This document shows, piece after piece, positions 14,156 to 64,000 of a stretch of 64,000 bases of DNA. The notes under the pieces were generated by a model. The model ran no database searches. It was not told the DNA's origin and saw only the letters and a list, made by a program, of their open reading frames with translations. Location of the stretch: assembly GCF_006345805.1 (NCBI RefSeq), contig NC_043003.1, positions 10,788,001 to 10,852,000 of the forward strand, written 5' to 3'. How positions within the stretch are numbered: position 1 is the first letter of the stretch; every line of letters starts with the position of its first letter. This DNA comes from Octopus sinensis (lineage: Eukaryota). The translations under genes and the position numbers were made by a program.

Positions 14156-15169
14156 CTGTAGCACTTCAATCATTACATTCTGCTCTTCTAATTCTACAAC
14201 TCAGAAATAGAAAATATTTCAAAAATTCTTGACTTTTTTTTTGTCTAAAGAAATATTTCTTCTAATCTTACAATTTTTTTTTTATTTCTTCAGGACATTC
14301 TGGAAATCTTTGATTTAGGACCAATAATATACCTACAGAGCTGTAGCGAAAAGGAAGCGAAATTCTATCCAATTAACAGCTGTTCAAATCAATGTTCTCC
14401 TCTTCCATCAATCAAACTTCAAGCATCAGATATTGGTAAAAATGGATGTTTATCTTTAACATCAAAGCTAAAACTAATTTGAATGTATATAACACTTTTT
14501 CAGAGCATGGGACGTTTTGGCACAGCCCTCTTGGCCCCGACTTTTCGGCATCACTGATTCAATGCTGACTTATTTGACAGACCTTTTAATGTTACCCTTG
14601 TTCTTTCCCCTCTCACCTCTCTCTCTCTCTCTCTTTGTTTATGTGTCTTTTATTCTTTTACTTGTTTCAGTCATTCGACTGTGACCATGCTGGAGCACCA
14701 CATTTAGTTGAACAAATCAATCCCAGGACTTATTCTTTACATGCTTAGTACTTATTCTATCCGTCTCTTTTGCTGAGCTGCAAGTGTTACTGGGACGTGT
14801 TTGTATGTGTGTGCGTTTGTAAGTATGTGTGTTTGCATGTGTGTGTGTGTGTATGTTTGTGCGTGTGTGCATGTGCTTATAAGTATGTGTGTTTTGTGTG
14901 TGTATGTGTATTTGTGTGTGCATGTGTGTTTGTAAGAATGTGTTTGCATGTGTGTGTGTATATCTGTGTGCGTAATGTGTGTGTGTGCATGCACATGTGT
15001 GTATCTGTGTGTGTGCACATTTTTACATATATATATTTTATGTGTATATATATATATATATAATTTCTGTCTTTCAGTAATTTGGCACTCAGCTCTATGG
15101 GAACCTGAATTCCACCCTGTGGCTGGCAGCAAAGAACTGAGCCTTGCAGTCCTGGCAGCTGCCAACTAA
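4436..15169 (+). CDS. C6orf89: C6orf89/BRAP-like single-pass membrane protein; spliced CDS join(4436..4814,6570..6706,11345..11526,12712..12847,14294..14435,15078..15169), 1068 nt = 355 aa + stop
   Basis: ATG is preceded by an in-frame TAA (4415). All introns are GT..AG with phases 1,0,2,0,1. Segments align with my recollection of human C6orf89: WIRYLTLPV~HIRLMSLPI; [21 protein letters not shown]~HPLVIKTGKPLLEEEIQHFL; VLRQVFPW~MLRELFPV; [24 protein letters not shown]~LIPPFQCRRHCQSVAMPIEPGDI. There is an N-terminal hydrophobic segment. No search was run. Confidence 0.75.
5160..5591. mobile_element. Small foldback element built from ~33-bp units in inverted array
   Basis: GGAACTTTCC-like units left and GGAAAGTTCC-like units right of the central palindrome tcctcggaa-c-ttccgagga (5342-5360); right end aattactg|TA. 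Confidence 0.65.
6570..6706 (+). CDS. C6orf89: C6orf89-like exon 2 ([13 protein letters not shown]...RCDLCENI...PLLIR)
   Basis: tattttgcag| acceptor, |GTATGT donor, phase 1 to 0, CxxC motif. Confidence 0.8.
8010..8545 (+). mobile_element. Internally deleted mariner transposon (C-terminal transposase relic, both TIRs)
   Basis: [27 protein letters not shown] with stops; TIR-like taagttgagaaaaaaag / ctttttcctcaacctagTA. Confidence 0.85.
10220..10710. repeat. (TA)n/(TACA)n microsatellite
   Basis: Direct reading. Confidence 0.95.
10960..11251 (+). mobile_element. Mariner 3' fragment
   Basis: [29 protein letters not shown]...DLYI resembles a mariner transposase C-terminus. Confidence 0.65.
11345..11526 (+). 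CDS. C6orf89: C6orf89-like exon 3 ([15 protein letters not shown]...SQHK-W)
   Basis: catttcag| acceptor, TG|GTAAGT donor, open frame phase 0 to 2. Confidence 0.8.
12712..12847 (+). CDS. C6orf89: C6orf89-like exon 4 ([17 protein letters not shown]...RPWYKM)
   Basis: ttctctttttctaaag| acceptor, |GTAAGC donor, phase 2 to 0. Confidence 0.8.
14294..14435 (+). CDS. C6orf89: C6orf89-like exon 5 ([17 protein letters not shown]...ASDI)
   Basis: tttatttcttcag| acceptor, G|GTAAAA donor, phase 0 to 1, CxxxC motif. Confidence 0.8.
14790..15060. repeat. Degenerate (TG)n/(TA)n tract immediately upstream of the C6orf89 terminal-exon acceptor
   Basis: Direct reading. Confidence 0.9.
15078..15169 (+). CDS. 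C6orf89: C6orf89-like terminal exon ([30 protein letters not shown])
   Basis: tttctgtctttcag| acceptor in phase 1; ends in TAA; ORF-track 14948..15169 tail. Confidence 0.7.
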
Positions 15170-16123
15170 GGAGAAAAACCAAAACCAAAGGAGGTGACAT
15201 CATAAAATGACATCATTACATAAAGCCTTCATCTCTTGCACACTATTTTTTTATTTCTTTATTGCCCACAGGGAGCTAAACATAGAGGGGACAAACAAAG
15301 ACTGACAAGGGGATTAAGTCGATTACATCGACCCCAGTGATTAACTGGTACTTATTTAATCAACTCTGAAAGGATGAAAGGCAAAGTTGACCTTGGTGGA
15401 ATTTGAACTCAGAACGTAACGACAGATGAAATATTACTAGGCATTTCGCCCGGTGTGCTAACATTTCTGCCAGCTCTTGCTCATTATTATAAGCATCCTG
15501 AGGTGGTGAGCTAGCAGAAATGTTAACATGTTGGGTGAAATGTTTAATGGCATTTCGTGTGTCATTACGCTTTGAGTTCAAATTCCACCGAGGTCGACTT
15601 TGCTTTTCATCCTTTCAAGGTTAATAAATTAAGTACCAGTTGCGTACTGAGTCGATCTAATTGACTAGTCCCTTCTCCAAAAATTTCAGGCCTTGTACCT
15701 AGAGTAGAAAAGATTATTGTAAGTATCCTCTGTAATCAACTGGATTATCTCTAATCCAAATACATAATAAAATATATAACTAATCTGAGTAACTGTTTGT
15801 ATAGTAAAATGCATGAAAATAATCCTTTCTACTATAGGCAAAGGGCCTGAAATTTTGTGGGAAGGGAGTCCAGTTGGTTACATCGATCCCAGTGTTTCAC
15901 TGGTACTTAATTTATTGACCCTAAAAGGATGAAAGGTAAAGATGACCCTAGCAGAATTTGAACTCAGAAAGTAGCAAGAGGCAAAATACCGCTAAGCATT
16001 TCGTCCAGCGTACTAATGATTTTGCCAGCTTGGTGCCTTATAATGCATTAAAATAACAATAATGAAAATGTTTGTGTGAATTTTATTTGTTGAGCAAGTA
16101 TGTGTGTGTGTGTGAGTGTACCT

Positions 16124-16230
<107 letters not shown>

Positions 16231-16234
16231 TATC

Positions 16235-17110
16235 GCAGGATGCTGGGCCTCATAGAGGAAATAACAATGGACCAAGATGTCTGGTGATATGAGGCTCTTG
16301 AGAAGACCCCTACACGTCAGCAAAATTGAGTTCTAGAAGTGCTGTGTGTCCCACCCACACGTAACAAGAAAACTTCTCACACACCCTACCACAACAAACC
16401 AATCTACATCCTTTCTCTTCCTCGCATTTCCACTCCATGCATCATGCTTACCTCCCACTCCTCAATCCTGTCCTCACTGTATCATTGCTCTCCGCTAACC
16501 CCTGACCTGTGTGTTCCACCCACATGCCCTGTCTCACTGTTCCACTGCAATCTGTTAGCCCCTGAACTGAGTGCTCCATCCACATGTAACAAGAAATCTT
16601 TTCACACACCCTACCCCAACAAACAATCTACTTATTTTCTCTTCCTCACATTTCATCCTTCATACACGACTCCTACCTCTCACTCCCCAATCCTGCCCTC
16701 ACGGCCCTGTTTCTCTGTATCATTGCTATCCGGTAGCCATCCCTCTTGCCAATCTATATACCCAGGTTTTCACCACTCACTTTCTCTCCCCACTCTCTAA
16801 TCACGTTTCTTTGACAATATCCTACCACTTATATGACCTTCGACCCTCAAGGGTATGCCCTGACACTTGCCACCATCTATATCTCTCTCTTCTTTTACTC
16901 AACCATCCCATTTATACTCTGATCCTCCATCCCTTGTGAGTATGCCTGGCACTTTGCCACCATCTCTATCCTGCTGTCTCCCATTCTCTCTCTCCTTTTG
17001 CACTTTGCAGGAACATACCTGTTTCTATCCACATTCCTGATCTTTCTCTCTCTCTCTCTCCTAGGGTTGATTTGTGTGTGTTTGCCTCCAGTGCCAAAAA
17101 GTTCTACTGT
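16235..17110 (-). mobile_element. Degenerate RTE LINE 3' fragment with internal ~230-bp duplication
   Basis: Similar to the 26440-27265 RTE tail; gtaacaaga..cacaccctacc block repeated at ~16358 and ~16586. Confidence 0.55.
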
Positions 17111-17146
17111 CACAATAGGTTGGATGCCCAGTCAATCGTGCTAAAT

Positions 17147-17443
17147 CGGTGGTTCCCAAACTTTTGGGGGCTGCCGTCCCCTTCACACTTGAGCCATATT
17201 CCTAGCGTCCCCTGCCCCAACTCAACACCACAAACATAGACTACTTTCTGCAGCAAATTCAGAACAACAGTATTTCACAAATAAAACTTAACCTAACGAA
17301 CCCATTATTTCTTTTTTGGTGGTGGGGGTACATCCATTGCCCCGCTTTTGACCAGCCTATTATTGCCCCAATTTTCTTCAATGCCCTTCTTGATCTTTCC
17401 ACCACCCACAGAGGGGCAGTACTGCCCACTTTGGGAACCACTG
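17147..17443. mobile_element. hAT-type MITE
   Basis: TIR c(g/a)gtggttcccaaa...tttgggaaccactg; 8-bp TSD tgctaaat/tgctacat. Confidence 0.8.
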
Positions 17444-17470
17444 TGCTACATTATCGGCTATTGTGTACTA

Positions 17471-17700
17471 AGGCGGCGAGCTGGCAGAAACGTTAGCACA
17501 CCGGGCGAAATACGTAGTCGTATTTCGTCTGCCGCTACGTTCTGAGTTCAAATTCCGCCGAGGTTGACTTTGCCTTTCATCCTTTCGGGGTCGATAAATT
17601 AAGTACCAGTTACGCACTGGGGTCAATGTAATCGACTTAATCCCTTTGTCTGTCCTTGTTTGTCCCCTCTGTGTTTAGCCCCTTGTGGGTAGTAAAGAAA
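17471..17700 (+). mobile_element. tRNA-derived SINE family A (representative; many copies or multimers, e.g. 15248-15715, 31180-31610, 35768-36225, 36786-37020, 43007-43420, 46320-46620, 50960-51595)
   Basis: Head ggcgagctggcagaa with B-box gagttcaaattcc; shared body ttgactttgcctttcatcctttcggggtcgataaa. Confidence 0.85.
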
Positions 17701-18194
17701 TTATTATCGGCTTCCAAACTTCTACATCAAAAACTGTCTCACTGAGTCAAGCGCATGTACCTAACATTTAATAGAACAACAATATGGAAACAGCTGCTGT
17801 TAGGAAATATGTTACTCAAGGCATGTTTCAAAAAATTACCTGCATATAAAGTTTTTTAAAAAAATCAATATTTCTAATGGGTTATAGCCAAGACTTGTCG
17901 ATATTTATCACCTGGAAAGTCACAAAAGCACTTACAGAACTAACAGTTTTCTAAAATATATCTTGGGCATCTGCAGTACACACACACAAACACACATAAA
18001 AAACAAGCTGGACAGTCATGGACATATCTTAATGATTTTATAGCTGCTATCAACATCCAAGCTTATCTGCAGTGACCAAGGGACTTAGACTTATACAAAA
18101 ACACTAGAACACACTTATAACCATGGTAATTTGCATGTTGTCTTATTTTAGGATGGTCATTTTTTCCAGATAAACAGACAATATATATATATAT

Positions 18195-18365
18195 AGGTGC
18201 AGGAGTGGCTGTGTGGTAAGAAGCTTGCTTGCTTACCAACCACATGGTTCCAGGTTCAGTCCTATTGCATGGCACCTTGGGAAAGTGTCTTCTACTATAG
18301 CCTCGGATCAACCAAAGCCTTGTGAGTGGATTTAGTGGACAGAAACTGAAAGAAGCCTGTCGTAT
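18195..18365 (+). mobile_element. tRNA-derived SINE family B (also ~1866-2040, 23705-23870, 35478-35645, 45887-46055)
   Basis: ggagtggctgtgtggtaag ... ggttcagtcc ... ttgggcaagtgtcttctactatagcc ... ggaaactgaaagaagcc. Confidence 0.85.
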
Positions 18366-19420
18366 ATATATATAAAATTAATATATAAATATATGCATAT
18401 ATACCTACATATATATGCATATATACATGCATATGTGGGTACAGGACATCAAAAAGACGTTGAACACAATTAGAAACAAAAACATAGAAACAAACTTTTT
18501 TCACACAACGAAAAAACAAACAGAGAAACAAGACATACAACATAAAGAATATTCCCCTTCTTCAGTTGTCCCTGTTTCAACTACCCCACGTTTCGAAGGC
18601 AAGGACAAGACGTGACTTCATTGAAACAGTCTTTCTTGCAAAGCAAATTAAATAAAATTTGGGATATTTTGTGGAGGGTAAAAGTGGTAACAAAAACAGG
18701 ACAGTGAGAACAAAACAGTAAAACACAGAACAATGAGAACAAAACAGTAAAAACAAATGATGAGGGCTGTTAAGCCAATACGATGCAAAAATATATGTAT
18801 ATATACATATGTATATAGTATATATATGTATATATATTGCCAGCGCTGCCATGGCTGGCTTCTGTGCCGGTGGCACGTTAAAAGCACCAACCGATCATGG
18901 CCGATGCCAGACTCCCCTGGCACCTGTGCCGGTGGCACGTAAAAAGCACCCACTACACTCGCGGAGTGGTTGGTGTTAGGAAGGGCATCCACCTGTAGAA
19001 ACACTGCCAGATCAGACTGGAGCCTTGTGCAGCCCCTGGCTTCCCAGACCCCGGTCGAACCGTCCAACCCATGCTAGCACGGAAAACGGACGTTAAACGA
19101 TGATGATGATATATATACACACACATACATATATCTTTTTTATGTAAATTCAATCATGTTTTATGTATTACATCGATATTTGTCTATTCATATATATTTA
19201 TTTTATTCTGGAATTTTTATTTCCATTTTATAGAGAATATATATATTTATATAAGTTTTGAAAGTGTATTTTAATTATGTTCTTTTAGACTCCACATGTG
19301 TTGCCTCCATAAAAATATCATTCTGAATATAGCTCACAACGAGCACTACATCCTCCTATCTGTATATTAATGGGAGTTATTGTTAACATTAACAAGCTCT
19401 AAAATAAACTATATATTTTA

Positions 19421-19937
19421 CTAGCAGTATCGCCCGGCGTTGCTCGGGTTTGTAAGGGAAATAACTATATAAGCATTTTTAGAGAGTTACTTCCCTTATA
19501 GATGCCAATTCGGGCTTTCTTAGCCATTTCTGTTTTGGTGTCTTCAAGCCATGAAGTCGTTGTTCTAAAAGAACGCTGGTCTCCTTGACAACGCTTTACG
19601 ACGTTGATTTCCTTAAACTCCCTTCCCCACAGCTTCACGAGGGAGGGAAGAAGGGGGAGAAGCAAACACAGGTGCAGGTGTTTGAGCGTCGACGCCAACT
19701 CCGCCGCCATCGACACACGAAAAATTATGCATTAAAATGGAATAAAAAATGATGTTAAATTATTTTTTAAATCGTAGACTCATCGTAGACGCGCGCTAAT
19801 AGCCAGACGGGCTCGATATGAATCACGACTATAAGATACCCGAATTTGGTTAAACTGCACCGCAAAATGTGGGAGTAGTTAGGAATCTAAATCGAAGGGG
19901 ACAGACACTCACACAACTACAGTTTTATATATATAGA
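19421..19937 (-). mobile_element. Non-autonomous Helitron
   Basis: Minus strand A|TCTATATAT 5' end; 3' hairpin cccgagcaacgccggg then CTAG|T. Confidence 0.8.
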
Positions 19938-20547
19938 TTTAAACCCAGCAAGCCAAGTGGGATCATAACCTGTGGCCTATGCCAGGAGTGTAACTAGCCC
20001 ACTTATGCGTATCTTTCCTTCACTGGACACTAAACTCTACTTGCGAAGACCTGTTGAGGCAAATGAAATCAAAATTGAATCAAATTCGATGACTGGCACC
20101 CATGCCAGTGGAGCACTAAGAGCACCATCCGAGCGTGATCGTTGCCAGACCAACTAACAGGCTTCCGTGCTGGTAGCATGTAAAAATGCTGGTGGCACGT
20201 GAAAAAACATTCGAGTGAGGTCCTTACCAGTGCCGCTGGACTGGCTCCTGTGCAGGTGGCACATAAAAAACACCATTTGAGCATGGGTGTTGCCAGTACC
20301 GCCTGACTGGCTCTCATGCCGGTGGCACGTAAAAGCACCCACTACACTCTTGGAGTGGTTGGCATTAGGAAAGGCATCCAGCTGTAGAAACCTTGCCAGA
20401 TCAGATTGGAGACTGGTGCAGCCACTGGCTCTCCAGACCTCAGTCAAACCATCCAACCCATACCAGCATGGAAAGCAGATGTTAAACGATGATGATAATG
20501 ATGATGATGATGAGCCAAATAAAGCTGATTTAAATGCTAACATCATC

Positions 20548-21119
20548 ATCATCATCATCATCGTTTAACGTCTGCTTTCCATGCTGGCATGGGTTTGACG
20601 GTGCAACTGGGGTCTGGGAAGCCAGGAGGCTGCACCAGGCTCCAGTCTGATCTAGCAATGTTTCTACGGCTGGATGCCCTTCCTAACACCAACCACTCCG
20701 GATGGTACTTTTCACATGCCACCAGCATGGAGGCCAGACAAGGCTGGCAACAGCCACAGTTGGATGGTGCTTTTTATGTGCCACCGGTACAGAGGCCAGT
20801 TGGGGTGGCGCTGGCAACAGCCACGTTCAGATGGTTCTCTTACGTGCCACCGGCACTGGTATCACAGCTACAAATTCCATTGATGTTGATCGATTTCGAT
20901 TTTGATTTTCACTTGCCTCAACAGGTCTTCACAAGTAGGGTTTGTGTCACAAGAAGGAAAGGTATGCATAAGTGGGCTGGCTACGTCCCAGGTAGAGGCC
21001 ACGGGTTATGGTCTCACTTGTCCTGCTGGGTCTTCCCACGCACAGCATACTTCCAAAGGTCTCGGTCTCTGGTCATTTCCTCGGTGAGACCTAAAGTTCG
21101 AAGGTCGTGCTTCACCACG
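20548..21119 (-). mobile_element. RTE LINE 3' end plus long 3'UTR ending in (GAT)n
   Basis: VVKHDLRTLGLTEEMTRDRDLWKYAVREKT followed by the modular UTR. Confidence 0.75.
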
Positions 21120-21133
21120 TTAATGCAATTAAT

Positions 21134-21139
21134 TTTATT
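21134..21139 (-). terminator. Candidate TTLL1 polyadenylation signal (AATAAA)
   Basis: AATAAA on the minus strand ~100 nt after the stop; further AATAAA hexamers lie nearer the stop; usage unknown. Confidence 0.3.
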
Positions 21140-21239
21140 GACCCTTTTTTTAAATTTTTTCATTTGGCATGCTTTAATCACTTTTTATCCATCTACTGGT
21201 GTTTTGTTTTTATTTTATTTTTATTTATTGTTTTTGAGG

Positions 21240-59509
<38,270 letters not shown>

Positions 59510-59595
59510 GTCCACTACACTTTACACTTCACTGTAAAATAGACATCATATATAATAATAACAATAATAATAATAATAATAATAATAATAAGTGT

Positions 59596-60090
59596 TATCA
59601 TGTACATTGTTTTGTCTTGGTATAAAAGATGGGCTACAGCAAATATTCTGCTCAATACCACAGATTTGCTTGTCAGTTGTTTGACCTTAACCAGTTGAGC
59701 ATGTCCCTTAGTGGCTGACGATATGTGCATCTCTGATCACGAGCAGAAGTAGTGGGGGAGCATCATAGCCATGTGTTGAGAGGGATTCTTTTGGGTTTGA
59801 ATAGTTCACCTCTGGAAACATGGGTGGTTCTTTCAACATCCTTAAACAACCCTTATTCAGGGACCGTTTGAGCGGGATGGGCTACTCAACCTGAAGAAAA
59901 TTCTAACTGGGCCCCACCTGCAAGGTCATGTGCTGTTTATCTTGATATGAGATCACCATGTCGCGCACATATGGTTGTGATGCATGTGCCTGGTGTACCT
60001 TTATCAGACGGGTAGTCATGATGGGTATATTGGGCTTCGTATATTTTACCCCAGTGTCACTTTGATGGCATGAACTGCTCTCTCACTCAA
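59596..60090 (+). mobile_element. Interspersed repeat with (TAA)n tail (partial second copy 62327-62480)
   Basis: gatatga(g/a)atcaccatgt(c/t)gcgcacatatgg...ctctcactcaataataat shared. Confidence 0.65.
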
Positions 60091-60112
60091 TAATAATAAT
60101 AATGATGATGAT

Positions 60113-60597
60113 GAAAGGGGAAAGGCAAAAATCCTCTGGGACTATAATTTCCAGACAGACAAGGTGTTAGAGCACTGAAGGCCAGATATAGTAACCTTTA
60201 GCAGGAACAAACAAGAGTGCCTACTAATTGATGTAGCAGTGTCAGAAGATCAACATATCATCATGAAAGAAAGAGAAAAAGTTGATAAATATGGAAACTG
60301 AGAATTGAGATCGCTAAAATGTGGCAGCTACAAGAGTGGAACATAAAGGTTATCCCTGTTGTCATCAGAGCATTGGGTTGAATACCACGCAATCTGAAAA
60401 AACATTCTGAAAACCTTAGAAATACTCTACAATCTAGATGTATTGCAAAATTCGGTATTACTTGGAATTGCATGCATATTGCGTAAAGTACTGTCTGTCT
60501 GAGGTCCTTGTTATGACTTGACAAACAGTACAAACCCCCGGTAGACACAATACCTTCAATCAACAACCTCATGATATGGTATACTGTGCGGCGTCTA
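60113..60597 (+). mobile_element. R4/Dong-like LINE 3' fragment (RLE domain)
   Basis: GKAKILWDYNFQTDK..RPDIV..LLIDVAV..EKVDKY..VIPVVI.ALG; bounded by TAA/TGA triplet repeats on both sides. Confidence 0.8.
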
Positions 60598-61299
60598 TGA
60601 TGATAATAATAATAATAATAATATTTTCTATTATAGGCACAAGGCCAGAAATTTGGAGGGAAGGATTAAGTTGATTACATTGACCCCAGTGTTTCACTCG
60701 TACTTAATTTATGAACCCTTGCAAAGATGAAAAACAAAGTTGACCTAGGCGGAACTTGAACTCAGAATGTAGAAATGGGCAAAATTCCACTAAGCATTTT
60801 GCCCAGTGTGCTAACGATTCTGCCAGCTCATCATCACATGAAACCCCGCTTTGATCATGAGTGACTGTGGGATTGCCCCTAGAAAGTTACCCGCCCAAGC
60901 ACAAGTCCGGGCAAGGTTGTTTATGGAAGACCAGCAGTTGCCCATGCATACCAGCCTCCTCTCTCCACGCCACCAGTGTTATCCAAGAGAAAGGCAAAGG
61001 GGCCGATACAGCTTGGCACCTGTGATGTCGCAACTCATTTCTACAGCTGAGTGAACTGGAGCAATGTGAAATAAAGTGTCTTGCTCAAGAACACAACATG
61101 CAGCCTGGTCCGGGATTTGAACTCACAACCTCATGATCATAAGCTCGATGCTCTAACCACTGAGCCATGTGCCTTCACACATTATAATAATAATCACCGC
61201 ATAATAATAATAATAACCACACATAATAATAATAATAATAATAATCTCCAAATATAATAATGAGCGTAGTATTTTTACATATTTGTATATATACATATA

Positions 61300-61572
61300 C
61301 TAGCAGTATTGCCCGGCGTTGCTCGGCTTTGTAAGGGAAATAACTATATAAGCATTTTTAGAGATGCAAAGTATAATAGCCATCTCAATATGGCTATCGG
61401 CAAAGGGGGGGTGTTACTGTAGCTTTTTACGTTCTAAGATTTAATAATAATAAATAAATTTTTATAAGATACCCGGTTTTGGTTAAACTGCACCGCAAAA
61501 TGTGGGAGTAGTTAGGAATCTAAATCGTAGGAGACAGACAGCACACAACCTCTCTTTTATATATAAAGAAGA
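61300..61572 (-). mobile_element. Internally deleted copy of the 19421 Helitron
   Basis: Same CTAG/hairpin end and the same 5' block aaaatgtgggagtagttaggaatctaaatcg. Confidence 0.75.
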
Positions 61573-63591
61573 TATATATTTGTCCAAAATCATGCAGAAT
61601 AGTATAAGTGAAGGGAGAGGAGAGAAAATAGTAATTCAGTGAAGGAGAAGTAGTGAGAGTAATAGTCCTGACTGAGAGGGAGGGAGAGAAAGTAATAGCA
61701 ATGAGACAGAGGAAGTGGCAAAAAGCACATCGTATATCTTCTGTTTTTTCTCTGTCACAACATATGAGAAAGGAAGGGGTGATGGACGAATAAGGAAGGA
61801 AGGGTAAGTATATATATGTGTGTGTATGTAAAAGGAGGTATGTGAATGTTTGTGTGTGTGTGCAATGGAAGTGGGATGGTGAACATTTAACGCTGAAAAG
61901 AAAAATCAAACAGCATTTCAACTCTGTGTGTGTATATGTGTGTATGTGTGTGCGTGTACAAGGGAAGTATGTGAATGTTTGTATGTGTGATTATTATGTA
62001 CCTTACTGATATATAAAATACAACAATTAGCCATCATTTTTGATGGCACTGGGCCAGCTAGTAATAATAATGATAATGATAATAATAATTATAATAATCT
62101 TTTCTACTATCAGCATAAGGCCTGAAATTTAGGGTGAGGTGACTAGTCAATTACATCAACCCAAGTGTATTACTGGTACTTAATTTATTGATCCGCAAAA
62201 AAGTCAACCTCGGCAGAACTTGAACTCAGAATGTGCAGACAGACTAAATGCCACTAAGCATTTTGCCCAGCATGCTAATGATTCTGCCAGCTCACAACCT
62301 TAATAATGATGATGATGATAATAAATCTTGATATGAAATCACCATGTTGCGCACATATGGTTGTGATGCATGTGCCTGGTGTACCCTTATTAGACGGGTA
62401 GTCATGATGGGTATACTGGGCTTCGTATATTTTACCCCAGTGTCACTTTGATGGCATGACCTGCTCTCTCACTCAATAATAATAATAATATATATATATA
62501 AATTATAATGAAGCATAAGGAAGCAGAAAAGCATCAACCTGCTAGAAATGCAGACTTATTCTTTGTAAGCCTAGTACTTATTCTATCAGTCTCATTTGCC
62601 GAACCGCTAAGTTACAGGAACGTAAACACACCAACATCAGTTGTCAAGCGATGGTAGGGGGACAAACACAGACACACAAACACATATATGATGGGCTTCT
62701 TTCAGTTTCTGTCTGCCAAAGCCACTCACAAGGCTTTGGTTGGCCCAAGGCTATAGTAGAAGACATTTGCCCAATATGTCACACAGTGGTACTGAACCCG
62801 GAACCATGTGGTTGGTAGGCAAGCTACTCACCACACAGCCACTAAAAAAAAAGATTATTAAAACTAACTAGTGAGTGTGTAGACTAGATAACAAATAAGC
62901 AACATCATTGCCTCCCATTTTTTGTTATGGTTGAATTTGTTTGGGGCTGAGGGTGGTGGATTGGCAGAACTATTAAAGCATTGGACAAAATGCTGTGGTG
63001 GTATTTCTTCTGGTTCTTTACATTCTGAGTTCAAATCCAGTCAAAATCCATTGTAACTTTTTATCCCTCCGAGGTCAATAAAATGAATTACCGATCTAAG
63101 TTATGAAATTGACGGAAGCAGCAAACATCTCCTTTTAGAATTGCTGGCCTTTTGCCTAAATAAATCAAAAACCATTATTTCTGAAGAAAATATATTTCAA
63201 ACCAGAATTTGATATTGTTGTTTGTAAAACGAGAAAATATTTTGGAAGATTAAAATAGAGTTAACACACTTGGCTGAGAATTTCAAAGAGAAGGTATGAA
63301 AACAATGTTTGTGTTATGAATCTAGATTATTTGGAAATAGTTTTAACCACACTCTCTACAGGCTAGTAGAAGTAGCAGTCAACTCAGCCTCAAAAAAGAA
63401 GAAAAGATACATTGGATGACGTTTAGAGATAGATATCTGGAAAGAAGAGAAGGTTTTAGCTGAAACACGTTTGACCATAAATTTGTTCAACCAGGACTGA
63501 CCAAGGATTAACCAACAACAATTAAAACAGTTTCTTGTGTCTCAGATGCAAAAACGAAATACATTTTATACTGTAAATAAGAAAACAGACC

Positions 63592-64000
63592 GGATCTTTT
63601 CGGTTTGAACGGCAGTTTTTAACATAATTTCTAGGTAACTAAAATATTTTAAACTTCGTATACTGGTAGAATGTGTTTATAAAACATCTTTTTCTCTTGG
63701 CTTTATTGAGAAAATTCTATAGTATGTAAGATATTTGTTGGGTTTTTTTCCTTCAATTTCTGCAATTTCAACCAATCACTGACGTCTATTGAGGTAAAAT
63801 CATTCTGTGCCCTATGAATATATCGCTCGTTTAAGAAACAGATTGGGTTTATTTACATTTGTGAAGAAAAAAAGATACCCTTCCTCCCACCCCTAACCCT
63901 AACCCTAAAATAGATTGAAATGCAATAGATCGATACTAGGGTCATAATTATGGGTAACAATTTCATATGACACCGCTAGAAAAAAACTGCCGTTCAAACC
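63592..64000. mobile_element. MITE with TIRs, cut by the window end
   Basis: ggtttgaacggcagttttt ... aaaaactgccgttcaaacc. Confidence 0.75.

Noticed and set aside
18560-18600. Permuted hammerhead-like GAAAC...CTGAAGA on the minus strand (and a degenerate core near 41530-41570)
   Set aside because: Stem I cannot form, the triplet is GUG, or core bases are mutated.
63892-63908. Telomere-like CCCTAA repeat
   Set aside because: Only 2-3 units, internal to a MITE.

Overview
AT-rich, repeat-dense animal genomic DNA. The retroposon, microsatellite and MITE complement looks like a coleoid cephalopod, most likely Octopus (inferred from recall, not a database hit). I reconstructed two convergent spliced genes by hand, and every junction is GT..AG and phase-consistent. 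(1) Plus strand: a 6-coding-exon C6orf89/BRAP-like membrane protein (4436-15169, 355 aa). (2) Minus strand: a 14-coding-exon tubulin polyglutamylase TTLL1 (59509-21240, 419 aa). Introns and intergenic DNA contain tRNA-derived SINEs, RTE and R4/Dong-like LINE fragments, mariner, hAT, piggyBac and pogo-like MITEs, Helitron derivatives and simple repeats. The most unusual signals are: several minimal type-I hammerhead ribozyme motifs from at least three Penelope-like families, one pair inside a loop-less ~325-bp palindrome; five long near-perfect hairpins in TTLL1 introns; two foldback elements bracketing the first C6orf89 coding exon; and a genomically encoded Q-to-R 'initiase-type' signature (ARGIG) in TTLL1.
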